64,000 nt of DNA from Trichosphaerium sp. ATCC 40318 (lineage: Eukaryota; Protista; Tubulinea). The translations under genes were made by a program, and so were the position numbers. Under the pieces are notes generated by a model that worked only from the letters and a program-made list of their open reading frames with translations, made no database searches and was not told the origin of the DNA. The DNA is taken from positions 1 through 64,000 of the forward strand of contig JALMLS010000619.1 in NCBI GenBank assembly GCA_038496445.1, written 5' to 3'. Of this stretch, positions 1 to 13,252 are shown one piece after another; within the stretch, counting starts at the first letter, position 1, and each line of letters begins with the position of its first letter.

Positions 1-356
1 ATGCTTGTGTTACCGCATATGCTATTTGGAAAGATGCATTTCCAAAAAACTTTGTTTGTGTAACTACTGAGACGTGAAAAAGGGTAAAAAAAGAGATTAA
101 AGTAGGAAAAAAACAGGAAAGCCATCTTCACAAAGGACATAAAAAAAACACTTGAAAAATACATTTACAAAAAATGGTTGCCTGTGAAACATCAAAGTGA
201 TTTTTTTCTGATTTTGTAAAGTATCAGGGTTTTGACCTAGAACAATAAATGACAGGTCAACATTAGTGTTAATAATACCTGCACTGGTGCAAAAAAATTT
301 CGAAAATAGATAACACAAGTCAGAACATGTGAAATGGAAAAAAAAAATTACATACT

Positions 357-498
357 CCTAAACCCTAGATGTCCATCATTTAGCCCTAATGTCGATTAGG
401 GTTAGGGCACATACCCTAGTCTACATTTAGGGTTAGGGTTGGTTGCCCTAATGTAAATTAGGGCTAGGGTTAGGTTTACAACCCTAATTATCATTAGG
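357..498. repeat. Degenerate telomere-like (TTAGGG/CCCTAA) patch with units in both orientations
   Basis: Multiple ttagggttaggg and ccctaa units, including two palindromic subunits (gccctaatgtcgattagggttaggg and gccctaatgtaaattagggctaggg). Confidence 0.7.
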
Positions 499-823
499 AT
501 ACCATGAATCTGCAGATTATTGAAAATAAATGTTACATAGTTCAAGTTTTAATATTTCATTTAAGGTTATTTTGGCTATTTCTTTTTTTTTACACTCTCG
601 TGTACTTTCACTTAACAGCAACTACAATAATGCAAGGTTTGGAAGTGTACGCAATTGTATTTAAGGCTATGTTTAACAACCAAAGTTGTTACAACTGTTT
701 ACAAATAATGCAACTATCAATGTTATTATTAGTACCATTATTAAACAACTCATTAGCAGCATGTGTTTTTTATTGTACAAAGTCCCTAATATTACAAGTG
801 AAGTACTCAACTACATAGGAAGC

Positions 824-3800
824 CTATCGCCGACCATAAAGTCGGCCATCTTCTTCAGATTCTTCACTTCCTGAAAACTCTTCTGAAAATGCTTCATCAG
901 ATGCTTTTGGCAGCACCAAAAAAGCACCTCCACTACTATACCCACCTGCATCACTGTCATTGAAATCATCACCAGACCAGTACGACTAAGCACATTATGT
1001 TAGATACACATTTTGGATTCATAGCACATACTGCTTCATTTCTAACAACATCCCAATCAACACGATTACCCTGTCGCAGAATAGGCTCATCGTCTTCAAT
1101 CGTAGCTGGAGTTTTACGCCAAGGTACTGACTCATCAGGTTTTACACTAGGCTTTTTCTTGCCAAGCTTAACTAACACAAACCATTAGCTTGTACAATAC
1201 TAAGTGATTAGTTTTTGCACGTACTCTTAGCAGAGATACCCATACCCAAGCGCTTCTTTACCCTGTTGCGCTTATCTTCATTCTTTATAGGTATAGCCTT
1301 TAGCTTACGGCCGCGAACATCTGCAGGACTATAACGTGATTAAGCAAGAAAATTAAGAACCAAAAAAAAAAGCGTATAGCATTAAGGCTCATTAAACAAA
1401 GTGTACCGTGCAGAATCTAGCATGCTATCAGACAAACTCCCATTAGCAGATTTCATAGAACGAGCGCTCTCCATGACCTTATATTGCTTCAACTCATTTG
1501 ACATGCCAGCGTTTTTATGCTCTAATTCATTCTTTTCTTTGAGTAAAAACTCCAAGTTTTGTTGGAGAGTCTCTTGTTGTTGTTTCAGGTGCATAATATA
1601 CTTTTCAGAGTGCACCACACGACCACTATCGCTCACACTACCATCCTATAAACACATCTATGTTAGTTTAACACGCAACGAATAGCGGTATATAAAATGG
1701 CGTGTACGTGATAAGCTGATATACCACCAGTGGGACCAAATCCAGATTTAGGTCGCAGTTGTTTTGCCCCTGATACAATAACGCGAGGCGCTGCAGGTTC
1801 ACGCGTATCTGCTCGGAGAGAAGCTACTTCACGCCTTAGAGCCTATAGTGTGTTAGTCTGGGTTCCATAGAGGTGCTTTATTTCAAAAAAAAACAAAAAG
1901 CCCAAGTACTTTTCTTGACACATCAAGCTCTGAGCGCAACGCCAATTGCCCGTCATCGAATATTTTTTGTATGCGCTCTTTGTCTTTGGTTGAGAGCTTG
2001 TATTTAGTTCCTTCAATTTCTTCTCGTGCCTAACTCAACAAATTACACCCCAAAAAAAAAACAAAAAGAAAACAAAACAAAAATAAATGTGAAATACGTA
2101 CAATGGAAAGCTCTGACTCTAGGCTGAGAACCTTACCCATAAGCATGCTTTCTTGCCGCGCTTTTTCGTTGGTTATATCAACTAGAGCATTGTACTTATC
2201 CATAACTTCAAACAATCGCTTTTCAACACTACGTGTTGTTTCTTGTTCGCGTTTAATCTGCTCTTGTAACATTCTTGAGTCTGGATGAGCTTGCGAGTAC
2301 GAGTTGATATCACGTGGAACCCTATCTCGAACGGTTATATTTTTTTTTACTACAAACCAATAATACTAGTTATTACTAACCCTCGCAAAGACGCTTTACG
2401 CAGCGAATCACGTCTTATATGTATGCTAGTACGCTTCACTTCATCTACTTCAGTGCGTAACTCTTCTGTACGATTTTTTAAGTCCCTGATGAGCTTCACT
2501 TTAAGTGCTAGCTTATTCTAAGCAGAACTGCGTAAGCAAAAATAACGCCATTGACAAAATATCCTATCCGTACACTCAAGGTGTTGTTACGTTGTTGCTC
2601 CTTCTCTAGGTCAGTGGTGAGCCTAGCTATTTTTTCTTCCTTTAATTGGTTTTGTTCTTCATATAAATAGCGCTGATCCTTGAGTTGTTGTTCTAATTGA
2701 TCAACTTTGGCTTTGTACGCGGAAAGAGCAGTAGGTGTCATCATGTCATATTTTACTTTTTTTGTTTTATCGCCAGAGAAGGATGAATCATCAGAATCTT
2801 CATGAGCGTCAGTTGTATCTCCTGCGCCATCAGTATCGTGACCCGCATGTGCAGTTTTATTGGTGCCAGTTCTAGCAGACCCCTCTGTTGGTGCTGTGAA
2901 AGCACGCGAACGTGAACGTGTAGAAGCTGTTTGGGACTCTGTACAAAAACTCTTGTTAGAAACAGAAGTAATTCGAAAAATGAGGGGTTAAAAAAATAAG
3001 TGGTATACCTGTAGGTTTAAATATTCGCAATTTCTTGATCTTGCTTTTGGACTTGCCACGTTTATACTTTTTCTTATCTTTTTTTGATTTCTTTTTACTT
3101 TTACGTGGTGTACCACCTGCAGAAGCAACCTGAACCCCTTCAGATGCTACGTAACAAATAAGCCAAAAATAATTACGAAAGAGTTTTCCAAAAAAAAAAA
3201 AAAAAAAGGAAAAATATTTACCTTCATCGCCACTAGTGCCATAAGCACCACCATCTGTATCTATGGTAACACCCTTGCTACGCGCTGCACTACGACCGCT
3301 CTACAATTGGACTGTTAGAAAATGAGAATAAAAGAAAAAAAAGATATTTTGTGACACTTCACGAAAAACGGCCGTTTGGCGCTCATAAACACTCGATACA
3401 TACCATATCGCTCATTAGCACTTCCAGATGCAATTTACCCCTTACTTTCTCATCTAAATTCCGACCTTGCAATTCGTACCATCCTTTAACAGGGTTTTCT
3501 ACCGGTAATTCCGAAATAGCGCACTCTATTTGACCCATAAAATTACTTTCGCCATTCCATACAGAAACGAGGAGAGTTTGGTCTTTTTTGGCAAGGTCTT
3601 CAGCGCTACAAAAATAACAACCAGTCAGTAAAAATTATTACAAGCGCATGCAATAAGGTGGTGTTCATAAAAAAGGCTTGTAGTATAAATTCTTGCAAGC
3701 AACAATTCTCTGCTTTTTGTTTTCTTCAAGTTGACATTTTCTCGCTTTTGGAATTGATTGCTTTGAAAGACAAACCACGAGAGGCTTGGTGTATACGTAC

Positions 3801-4112
3801 AAGAAAAATCGCTGCTTCCAAACGGGTTTGTTGGTTTGATTAGCTACCTTCGTTCTAAAATGCATTTTACCGCATGTAACTACACAAAATGGATTGCATG
3901 ACGCTAAATCGTGTTAGAGCAAGGGTTTATAACGAAAATTACTCGTAGTTGGGTTTTTTTGTACGCACCGGCTTGTTTCTTGCCAGATAGCCCTCGAGCT
4001 TCTATAACTGTACGAACACGTTAGCCACGGACTATGATACATCTTATTGGAATACAAACATACCAGAAACTGCAAGTTGCTGTTGTTTCTTCTCTTGATT
4101 CGAATTGGACAT
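824..4112 (-). CDS. Multi-exon protein: N-terminal C2 domain, Lys/Ser-rich linker, long coiled coil, acidic tail
   Basis: Spliced translation MSNSNQEKKQQQLAVS-VIEARGLSGKK-DLASCNPFCVVTCG-FRTKVANQTNKPVWKQRF-LLVSVWNGESNFMGQIECAISEL-GWYELQG-GKLHLEV is a C2 fold. Heptad-rich exons lie at 1400-2750. Ends EESEEDGRLYGRR*. Confidence 0.8.
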
Positions 4113-5534
4113 ATTATAATCAACTTGTGCTTCAGCACTCCATTTACTGTAATTTGTTTTCTATTTTTAATACCACCAACGACCATTTTTTGACTTGCGT
4201 TTTCGTTTATTTCGACAATATGGCACGCTTGCAAATAGGTAGTACGGATCCCTTTTGTGGCTACAAAGCAAAAGTTGCACTTTACAATTACTGGCCGTTT
4301 TTGTTGTACTAGCTGAAAAATTCGTTGTGAAAGCAACGAGGCCATTTAGGGATAGAGCGTAGTTCGTTCTACACCTTTTAAACGCAAAAGCCGTTTAAAA
4401 CTGCGCGCAACAGTCCAAACAATACCACAACATAGTACTGTAAACTCACATGACCAAAAAGTTCAATTGGACACCTAATGAAGTCAGATGAATGTCAGTG
4501 AAAAAGAGACATCGAGATCTCAAAAATATGCTACTTCATATTTTATTCAGGGTGCACTTGCATTGGAAGGGGTAATTCAGGTTACTATTGTTGCGTCACG
4601 TACGTCAAAAGATCGGTAGAAAGATCTTTTCCTTTAAAAGTGGGAAGAAATGACTCCTTTTTTTATGTCTCAACAACGAGATGTCGGTACGCCAAACGCC
4701 AATAACAGCTTTTCTGTGTAGCACAACTGGAAATTTGCGTACTTTTCATACGTTTTCTGCATTTTCTACATATTAGGTTAACAACACAATGACGGACGTC
4801 TACAATTTGCGAGAAACAAGAAAGTACACCGGATACAACAAAGCTCACCCCGGCCACGACCTTTCAAAATGGATGCAAGCCAACGGTTGGCGGGTAACAA
4901 ACAAAAACAGAATGTATACTGTAGAGGCTCGCAAGAAAGGCGCCCATGTAAATTTTCGAGTGCGTAATAGTTATTGGAAAAAAAAAAAAAGTCAAAGCGT
5001 TCGTAGCGCCTTTATCAGTAAAGGCATATTGAGTAGAGTGTCTAATGTCCGTTTAGCCTGAATTCAAAGCAACGTTTACAACGGCTTCGGATGGAAGCAT
5101 GACAATAACAATTCACTCCTACGCCACCATAAAAGTAGTAACAGGCACAGTGGTACGTACACGCTTCTTTTGTCCATTTTTTTGTTTTGCCCTCTCTTGT
5201 AATTATGCCACGTGCTAGTGGTGAAAAAAATGTCACAAGTTTTTTTAAAACGACACATGACATCTTTAACTTACTTGTGCTAAAACGTGGCTGCAAAAAA
5301 CTAACCCACATTAGGTCGGTGTTCTTACTGGCGGCATAAGCGCAGCTGTTGGAGTTGGTACCTTTGCAGTGCACGCTTCTGGTGCTGAAGCTTTTTTGAG
5401 GCAAGTTTGGATCTTTATTGAATCACACGCTGCTTCTCCTCCTGAAGTCTTACAACAAGTTGGGTACGACACGCAATACTACTCGTACTATTGAAGCTAA
5501 CACGAATAGATTCAAACACTTAGTACCAAAACAA

Positions 5535-6194
5535 ATGGATAACCCAACGCAATCTAGTCCTTCCCCACAGCCTGCGCGTCCTTCGCAACCGTACCCGAAC
5601 CAATCGTACGGACAACAACCAGGACAATATGCGCATCACGCACAACCGACATACCCCACGCAATCGTACGGACGGCAACCAGGACAACCTCTACATTCCC
5701 CCCAACCTGTGCATCGTGCCTATCCCGCTCAACAATACCCACCACAGCAAGCATATGGCCAACCTCAACCTCATCAGTCACCGCAACCAACACATCAAGC
5801 CTATCCTGCGCAACATTATCCACCACAGCAAGCATATGCGCAGCAACCACATCAACAAACACAAAGTCACCAGCCTGAACAACATTCAGTACAATACTCA
5901 TCCGACCATTCACAATCCCCTGTGCAATACCGAGCGAATTATGCTCCGCCAGCTCAACAGCCGCTTCAGCACTATGGTTCCCAAGAACACCTCAGCCAAA
6001 CCACCAGTCAATACACTGCTCAAGCTCCAACAAATGCGACAGCGTCACCTCCTGCATTAGACGCTAGAAAGCAAGAAATCCAAAAAACAATCGCCACAAA
6101 GCAAGCAGAGCTGAACGATCTTGAAAAGAGAGCTGCGCAAATACGTGTTGAAATAGCTACACTGAATGTAGAATTGTTGAATGTACGAGAATAA
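5535..6194 (+). CDS. Intronless Q/P/Y/H-rich low-complexity protein with C-terminal coiled coil
   Basis: Long ORF, first ATG at 5535. Internal repeats (YPNQSYGQQPGQ/YPTQSYGRQPGQ; AYPAQQYPPQQAY/AYPAQHYPPQQAY) and a heptad tail RKQEIQKTIATKQAELNDLEKRAAQIRVEIATLNVEL. Confidence 0.7.
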   Translation: MDNPTQSSPSPQPARPSQPYPNQSYGQQPGQYAHHAQPTYPTQSYGRQPGQPLHSPQPVHRAYPAQQYPPQQAYGQPQPHQSPQPTHQAYPAQHYPPQQAYAQQPHQQTQSHQPEQHSVQYSSDHSQSPVQYRANYAPPAQQPLQHYGSQEHLSQTTSQYTAQAPTNATASPPALDARKQEIQKTIATKQAELNDLEKRAAQIRVEIATLNVELLNVRE

Positions 6195-6497
6195 AGAAAA
6201 AACCTTCAAAATTCTAAAGTACATATTTTATTTCACGCATGAACAGCTTAGCTTGATGATATCGTAATCACTTCAGCTAAAAGAGGCCTCTTTTTAACAC
6301 CTCGATTGAAATCCACCCGATATGGGAACACTATTTTCCGTACCACAGAATACAAGCACGAGTATACAAAAAGTACAGCTATTGTGCCACCACTATTTTC
6401 TTGAATAAGAATAGTGCCATTCAAAGACAACAATAATCGCAGCTTGATCAGTTTGTCCTAACTACATGGCACCAGAATCACGACTTGTCCAACAATC

Positions 6498-6740
6498 TAA
6501 ATCCGGAACCCAAATATGTGGAATTTTGTCAAAAAAAAGTCAAAAATTCGGCACACTAATTATCCTACATTATGCCATAGGAACTATTTAGAAAGCCAGG
6601 TTGGGGGTCAGAGCCTAGTGTCAACTGAGAGCCATAACCCAGTTGTCTCCCTTTGTGGCGAACAGTTCAATATCACTTTGACATTTTTCGACTGTTTTTT
6701 GACATTTTAGTTTACTGGCTAAATCTAGCCCGGATTAAAA
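6498..6740. mobile_element. Possible old MITE-like foldback
   Basis: Imperfect inverted ends: aatccgg...tgtcaaaaaaagtcaaaaat versus the reverse complement aatccgg...tgtcaaaaaacagtcgaaaaat. No TSD seen. Confidence 0.25.
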
Positions 6741-7011
6741 CTGAAATTAACTTCCGGAAACCTACATACTGGAGCTATTACAAGTACCACCAATTTGCGG
6801 AAAATTGTGCGTTTACCACTTATTTTTATGGAAGATAAAATAGTAAGTTGTACAATAATACAGTGTGTACACTTTCGACGCTTGCTGAGCTACACTGGCT
6901 CGAATTGTGCTTTTTGTGTTGTATGTTCAAACATTTTCTCTTTATTTATTTAATACTACTCAAAAGTACAACAACTCGGCGTCGTACTGCGTGTACGAAG
7001 GTAATATGGGT

Positions 7012-10000
7012 TTACGAACCTACAGCCCGATGTATTTGAGCGTTGTCATCAAATACTGGCCATTGACCACATTCGTTGGCATTAAACTGGTTATAGGCAA
7101 ATTCTGATCCAAACACGCCGTCTTTCACAGCATAGTCCCATAGTGTGCCTTCCACTGCAAAATCAGTTGTGTTAGAGCCTTCATGGGATGTTTGGCCAAG
7201 AACACCTAAAAAGAAACGAAGTTAGGCCGCAAAAGTTTAAAAACGAGCGTTAAACATACCATGAGGAAGGTCAGCGCCAGTTTGTTGTCGGTACGACATT
7301 TTGAAGTTAATATGACAACTTGAATGTTTACTGGAGGAAAATCTAACGGTAAGTCTATAACCGCCAACCATTATGAATGTCTTTCCGTTTTCTCTCTCAG
7401 TCCTAAATCGTATGTTTGAGCACGTGTGAAAAAAGTTTCTTAGCGTACCTTTTAACCCCAAGGACGTTTCCCTTTAATCGCCGTCCAGGTTCTAAATCGC
7501 GACCGTTTAACCGTGCAATGTGAGTTTGGTTGCTCCTGTCACACTCAAAATAGAGCTGACGGAACTTACGTTCTCCAGAATCACCCATTACACAAACATT
7601 TATGCCAACACTTCCCATGTATGTTTTTGTTTTTTCAGGTCTCAAATCAGCATTAACAAACCGAGAGTTCATTTGGAAACTTGGTGCAGTGACGAGACTA
7701 TTCAATGATTAGGTTTGTAAACGAATAAAAGGCATACTTGAACACCATGTCAGGCTTCCCGTGAAAATCTAAACACATTTAGCGAATAAATGTTGGTCTG
7801 AGAACGTACCAAAAATTTGACCTCTGAAGCCTACAAAATGCGGATCTGAAGAAAAATTATACTACGTTGTAACTTAGTGTCATACCTCCTTGGCCTTGTC
7901 CATTTGGAGCCATTGTAGTTGGTGGTGCAGTTGTAGGAACCTACAAAAAGACGAATTATTACAATAATAGTACTACATAACATTACAACTTACAAGGAAC
8001 TTTCCAGTGGTGCTAGGCGCTAGCACAGCAGGTGCACTGGTAGTAGGTGGTGCTGGTCGTTGAAAGGTAACGACAAGTTCTAAGGTAAAAGGATAAGTAA
8101 CATACGCGTGTATTATTTTGTTCACAAAATCTTCAAACCTGGTGATCCTGCACTTGCTTGAGCTGAAGCGAACTCTGAAGTTGGTCCTGATGTTTCGTCA
8201 GTCTTGATCAACCACCCGTAGTTATTTCCAGTATCAAGCCAATGCTGGACGTCTGTCACCATCTCATCAGTACTCATGATGGACGCTACGATCAGTCAAC
8301 CATTTGAGTCATATTTAAGTTCTTACTTAATCCTTGAAACATAACAGAGAACGTTGCTGATACAACTTGAGAGAAGTCGCCACCAGGATTGGTCCAGCGA
8401 AGAGCCGGATAGAAACTATGTATCCAGGTAGCGTCTGACGGCATTGGTAGGGTACCGACGCTAGGATCAGAAGCGAGGGAGTTACCCTCATCTAAAAATT
8501 CGTTAAATAAAAAAAATACAATGGCACGTGCCCCAATTACGCAGAACGTTGTGTACAGAAAAAGAGCTAATAGAAACCTGTGCAGTAGCAACAGTCAATC
8601 GTAAGTTTGCACTTAATATTATTGAACCAGCAGGTATCTGTGATATATCAAATTTAACAGCAAAACGCCTTCTTAGTCCACTACTCGAAACGCCTAATTA
8701 CTGGTTTACAATTAACAATTGCTTTTTGTAGTACCAGCTAGTAGTGTAGTTCCTAATCCATTAGCTAAATCGCCTTCTTGATCATCGTATAAAGTAACAT
8801 CTGCCTCAGGATTCAACGTTAAAGTATCTGGTGCTGCAGTTGGCTTTATCATTGTAAGTACACAAGTGTTAGATTTTTAACGAACCGTATTTGCAATTGG
8901 TGGTAGTGGAGGAAGTGTCATAGCAGGTGCCATCACAGGAGACATTGTTGACATACTGCAACTAATAACACGTTGAGGATTAAAGTGATAGCCAAGAGCC
9001 CTATGCTTTTTATTAGTACTCACCAAAACTTAACTAACAGATGGATTGCTTACTCAAGGATTGAAGCTTCTTCAGCAACGAAAGATCGTCTGGTTACACC
9101 CAATTGAGTTATAGGTTGAATAACAGCATTTGGGAAAGCTGTGCCATCGAGGTGTTGTAAGCTAAATCCCAAACTGCAGAAAACTTAGAATAAAGTGTTG
9201 AGTTCTGTACATACGCAAATGTGTTTGGAGTGAAAATTATTGGAGGTACAACACAGTTCGAGGTTTGGGACGATATGAAAACTAAAGCTCCTGCTCCACC
9301 GCTACCAACGTTAGTGTTATTAGAATAAACACACAGAGTAATTACGTTAAAGCACTGGCATCGACTTGAAGTGCACCATCAGTGTTAAAAATCAGCCCAT
9401 TACTTGACATTACACCCAAATAAGACTCAAACGAAGTGCGTGCATTCTTAACGAAAAAAAGTTAGCCGCTTGCCTTTATAAAGCCCGTACAGGTCTACCA
9501 AACAAAGACGATCCAGAAGCATCTACACAACATTATTATATAAATAGTAAAGTATCACGTGCCTGTGTGACTAATGACGCCCATGGCGTGCACCAGCTCG
9601 TGCAAAATAACGCTGTAAAAATCATATAGCTGTTGACCTTGAGGAACAGGAGAAAACTCAAAATGCCAAGCTTAAATCACATAAGCACGAATCAAATATT
9701 TGTCATAAATTTTTAACTTGCCTGCACCGAAATTTACTCGCAAGGACATTTCGGGAAATCCAGGAAAGTTATCTCCACCGGAAATATACATTGCCTCTGA
9801 GCTTGATCGTGCGAAGCCGTCCGATATAGGGAAGTAGTACGAGCCTCCCTCAGCAAGAAAAGATTGACCAGCATCATTCACAGATGCTTCAATTACAACT
9901 TCAAAAGCTCTCCTTGCTATTATACTGGTTTAATACAAATAGAAGTCATATTCTTACAATCGCCTGGAGAAGGTAAACGCAGAGAGTTGCCAACGAATTG

Positions 10001-10545
10001 AAGCACTGCCTCTACAATGCTTCTTGCCTACATCTGGTAATTAAACACGTGTCTCTAGCCGTTTTTTCTTTAATCGTCAACCTGTGGTCCTTGTACAGCA
10101 TCATCAAATCCGATGCCTGTTCCGCTATCCATATAAAACACTTCAAATGATATGCTGTCCGTAATCTTTTCGTCTCTTATTAGCGTTGTCACGAAATAAT
10201 TAAAGGTTGATACAAAGAGTTGTAGCACGTGGCTGTTTCGCTACAAGAGCTGGTATTGTCACAGTTTAACGTACCACAATCGTAGTCATAGCATCTCTTT
10301 TGCTCGTATGTATAGGAGTGTATTCTGCGCATCCACGAGTAGTGCATTTGAACAAAGGCTCGTCTGGTTAAAGAAATTTAACAAAAAAAGCCATTAATTA
10401 TCATATTTCTTATTTAAAATACTCTCCGGATGCATGTAGTAAGGTACATACCCAAATCTTGTGCCTGCACTGACAATAAACAAATGAAAAACGCGCAAAC
10501 CGTCGCTAGAACGCAATGGCGCCGAAAATATAGGTCCGACTGCAT
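7012..10545 (-). CDS. Secreted multidomain protein: HEXXH zinc metallopeptidase, DNRLRE-like beta-sandwich, Pro/Thr linker, GDPH-initiated VWD/root-cap-like domain
   Basis: Signal peptide MQSDLYFRRHCVLATVCAFFICLLSVQAQ. Peptidase motifs YDFYSVILHELVHAMG and FSLQHLD. DNRLRE-like RRFAVKFDISQIPAGSIILSANLRL, WTNPGGDF, VQHWLDTGNNYGWLI. C-terminal GQGDPHFVGFRGQIFDFHG and LPHGVLGQT...VEGTLWDYAV..FGSEFAYNQF. Confidence 0.8.
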
Positions 10546-11066
10546 TGATTAGAGAGTAGGCTGTGGAAATGCGCGAAAGTGAGATAGCTTGAGATTATTA
10601 ACGCCCTCCACCACGTGCGACTGTGTATGTGCCAATACTGTGGTAAATACTTCGCAAAACAAAAAAGTACACATTGGGAAGCAAATCGTAAGTTACAATG
10701 AGCACGTGCAACTTGCATCTTAAACTTCCGATACTGTGCACGTGTTTTCGGTATTAGTATGATTAGACATGGTATCGAACAACTGACTTGTGTTTGCACT
10801 GCTGTTTTAGCGTATGTACTAGCCACACGTTTGGTGATAAGACTTTATATATCAATTACAGTAGGTACGCATCTATTAACCTCGAAGAAATACCAAACAC
10901 AATCATTATACAACTATAACTAGCAGTCACTGAACACAAATTACAACATTTAGGCTTAAGTGTAGTGCTATATTACAACACTACAATGCATATATTCTTT
11001 ACTACACGCTTTAAGAAAAAAAAACCTTTTAAAAATTGCAACTATAAAGATCACAATTCAAAAGGC

Positions 11067-12868
11067 CTATTCGCTGCTACCAAAGAGTACTTTGATGAAA
11101 TCTGTGATTTCTGATGCAATTTTATCTGCTCCAAGGCTTAAAAATAAGCTATCCTAAACGGTAATAGTCAAGATGTAATTCAAAGCACTTTAAAATATTT
11201 ATATGTCAAAAAGAACGTACCAAATTGTTACCAACATTTTTGTACTCATACTTTGTAGAGAGTTTGGAAGAAAAGAATGTCTCTTGCTCCCAAACACGGT
11301 TTGCTACCTCATCAAGCTCTAGAGCATCATTATGAAGGTGTGGTGCCTGTAAGTGGAGGACAGGAATATCCAAAGGCAAAGAGTAAGCGCCATCTAAAAT
11401 TGTTAGTTTTTTTTTTCTGATAGAGATTTAGTCGTGGTACCATTGGTCTTATTCTTGATATTCTCGGCATAGGTTTTCATGAGTTCTAGATTATTAGCAT
11501 CCCAGTTCTTTCCTTGATTAATGACATGCGTCCATATTGGATATAAATCCTCAGGGACGTGCTTGTACAAAAGTTCAAGCTATGGCGAATATCGTTAACG
11601 CCACTCTTCGCTAAGTTCGAGTAAAACAAATGCGTACTTTAAGCAAACCAGCGATTCTTCCCAGTCCGATGACAACAGAAACCTAACGTATTATTAAAAC
11701 GACAAATGATAAACATCTGACTAAAAGGCATACGTGTGCAATGTGACATATACGTTCAGCATATCCAATAAGAGTCTCTGCTTGTTCTTTCATGTCTAAT
11801 AATTTGTTTAAGGCGCAATAGGCCAATTAATATTGAATGCTTAAAATACCTTCATCAAACATTGCCAAAGGCACAGGTTCGAGCTACAGAAAGTAAATAA
11901 AACAACAATAACAATGTCAAAAAAAAAAAACAAGAAAGACATTTCTTCTTAACGTACGAATACTAGGCCATCAACGTTCTTATAGTACTTGTCCTGAAGC
12001 ATAACAGACATTGTTAACAGACTAGCAGATGAGTGACTTGCCACAATGACCTAAACATTGACCATCAATTTGAAAAAATGTTGCTCTACTAAAACAGATA
12101 AACCATACCTTTGTGTCTTTGCTGTTGCGTTCACGTTCAATTAAGGAACGCAAATCATCCATGTTACGAGTAATATCAGTTGCGTTTACCTTATCCGGAA
12201 ATGTTAGTTGCGTGGTCCAAAGGTGAGACGAGAGTGATGGTGATTAGAGCCATACGAAATTTTTTTCAGTTTGTTTTTCAAATACGTACTGTGCCCGAGC
12301 TACGACCGCGTCCAATCTTATTGTATGTACATGTGCGTATACCAGGTTTGTATTTCCTCATTGCACGTTGTAGATTGGCGACTTGGAAAATACCTGCGTT
12401 GAGATTTAATAAATACGTGCGTAAACGGCGTGTTATGCGTGATTACGCAAACTTATGCTATTTAGACGTACTTTGTGTAAACCCAGGACAAACAAATAGC
12501 AATGTGTCGCTGTAGGCGAATTAATATTTGCTAGAGTATTCTTACGCACCTTTCTTTGTTACCGACGCAGTACACTTCGAGTTGTCTATCATTTACAGTC
12601 ACAACCTCTGACGGCCATTCTAGATACACTTTTTCGATCTGCGATACGCCCAAATTGAGCATAAAGCCCACCAGCATAACCGCAATGCATGAGTAAACTA
12701 TTGTTTGAACAAAGGCTCCAATACGCGCATAAATGGATGGCCTGAACACAAACGTAAGAAACTCAACATTTGACGTGGCATGTACGCTGGTTCGCTACGT
12801 TTTTGCTTCTGGGATTGTTCCGTTGCCTTAGCGCCTTCTTTATCCTTGCCTCCCTTGCGCTGTCTCAT
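11067..12868 (-). CDS. Membrane-anchored alpha/beta-hydrolase fold protein
   Basis: N-terminal TM segment, then VNDRQLEVYCVG, LLFVCPG, RTCTYNKIGRGRS (YDRxGxGxS-like), VIVASHSSAS elbow, VDGLVFLEP and LDIPVLHL. Confidence 0.75.
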
Positions 12869-13252
12869 TCTTGGTGCTGTGCAAACCTCTTATGGTCAAA
12901 CAAAATCTCAACATTGCAATACATAGTGACTGACATTAATTCTACAGTTGGCGCATTATAGCTTGGGAGAAAACCTGTGACAGTCACTTGTCGAGGTTCA
13001 TAAATAAAACTGGGAGTGTACTCAGTTGCTACCGAACAACGATTAGATTTAGTAAACAATCAAGGTCTAAAAACGTTGTTGTATTTTCTCACAGGACTGT
13101 CAATGCATACATGTAGATTTTCGTAACGCTTTTAAAACGAATACTGTTGATGAAACGTGCAAGCTGAGAATTGTTGTTTTTATTTATAAACACATGTAAC
13201 TTGTATGCTGTTTTGGCTAGTAAAAACAACATCAAGTGTCGCGCTAGAGTCA

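Noticed and set aside
357-498. True chromosome telomere
   Set aside because: Short, degenerate, mixed orientation and flanked by ordinary sequence on both sides.
5554-6060. Overlapping ORFs 5554-5913 (-) and 5629-6060 (+)
   Set aside because: Shadow frames of the low-complexity Q/P-rich gene.
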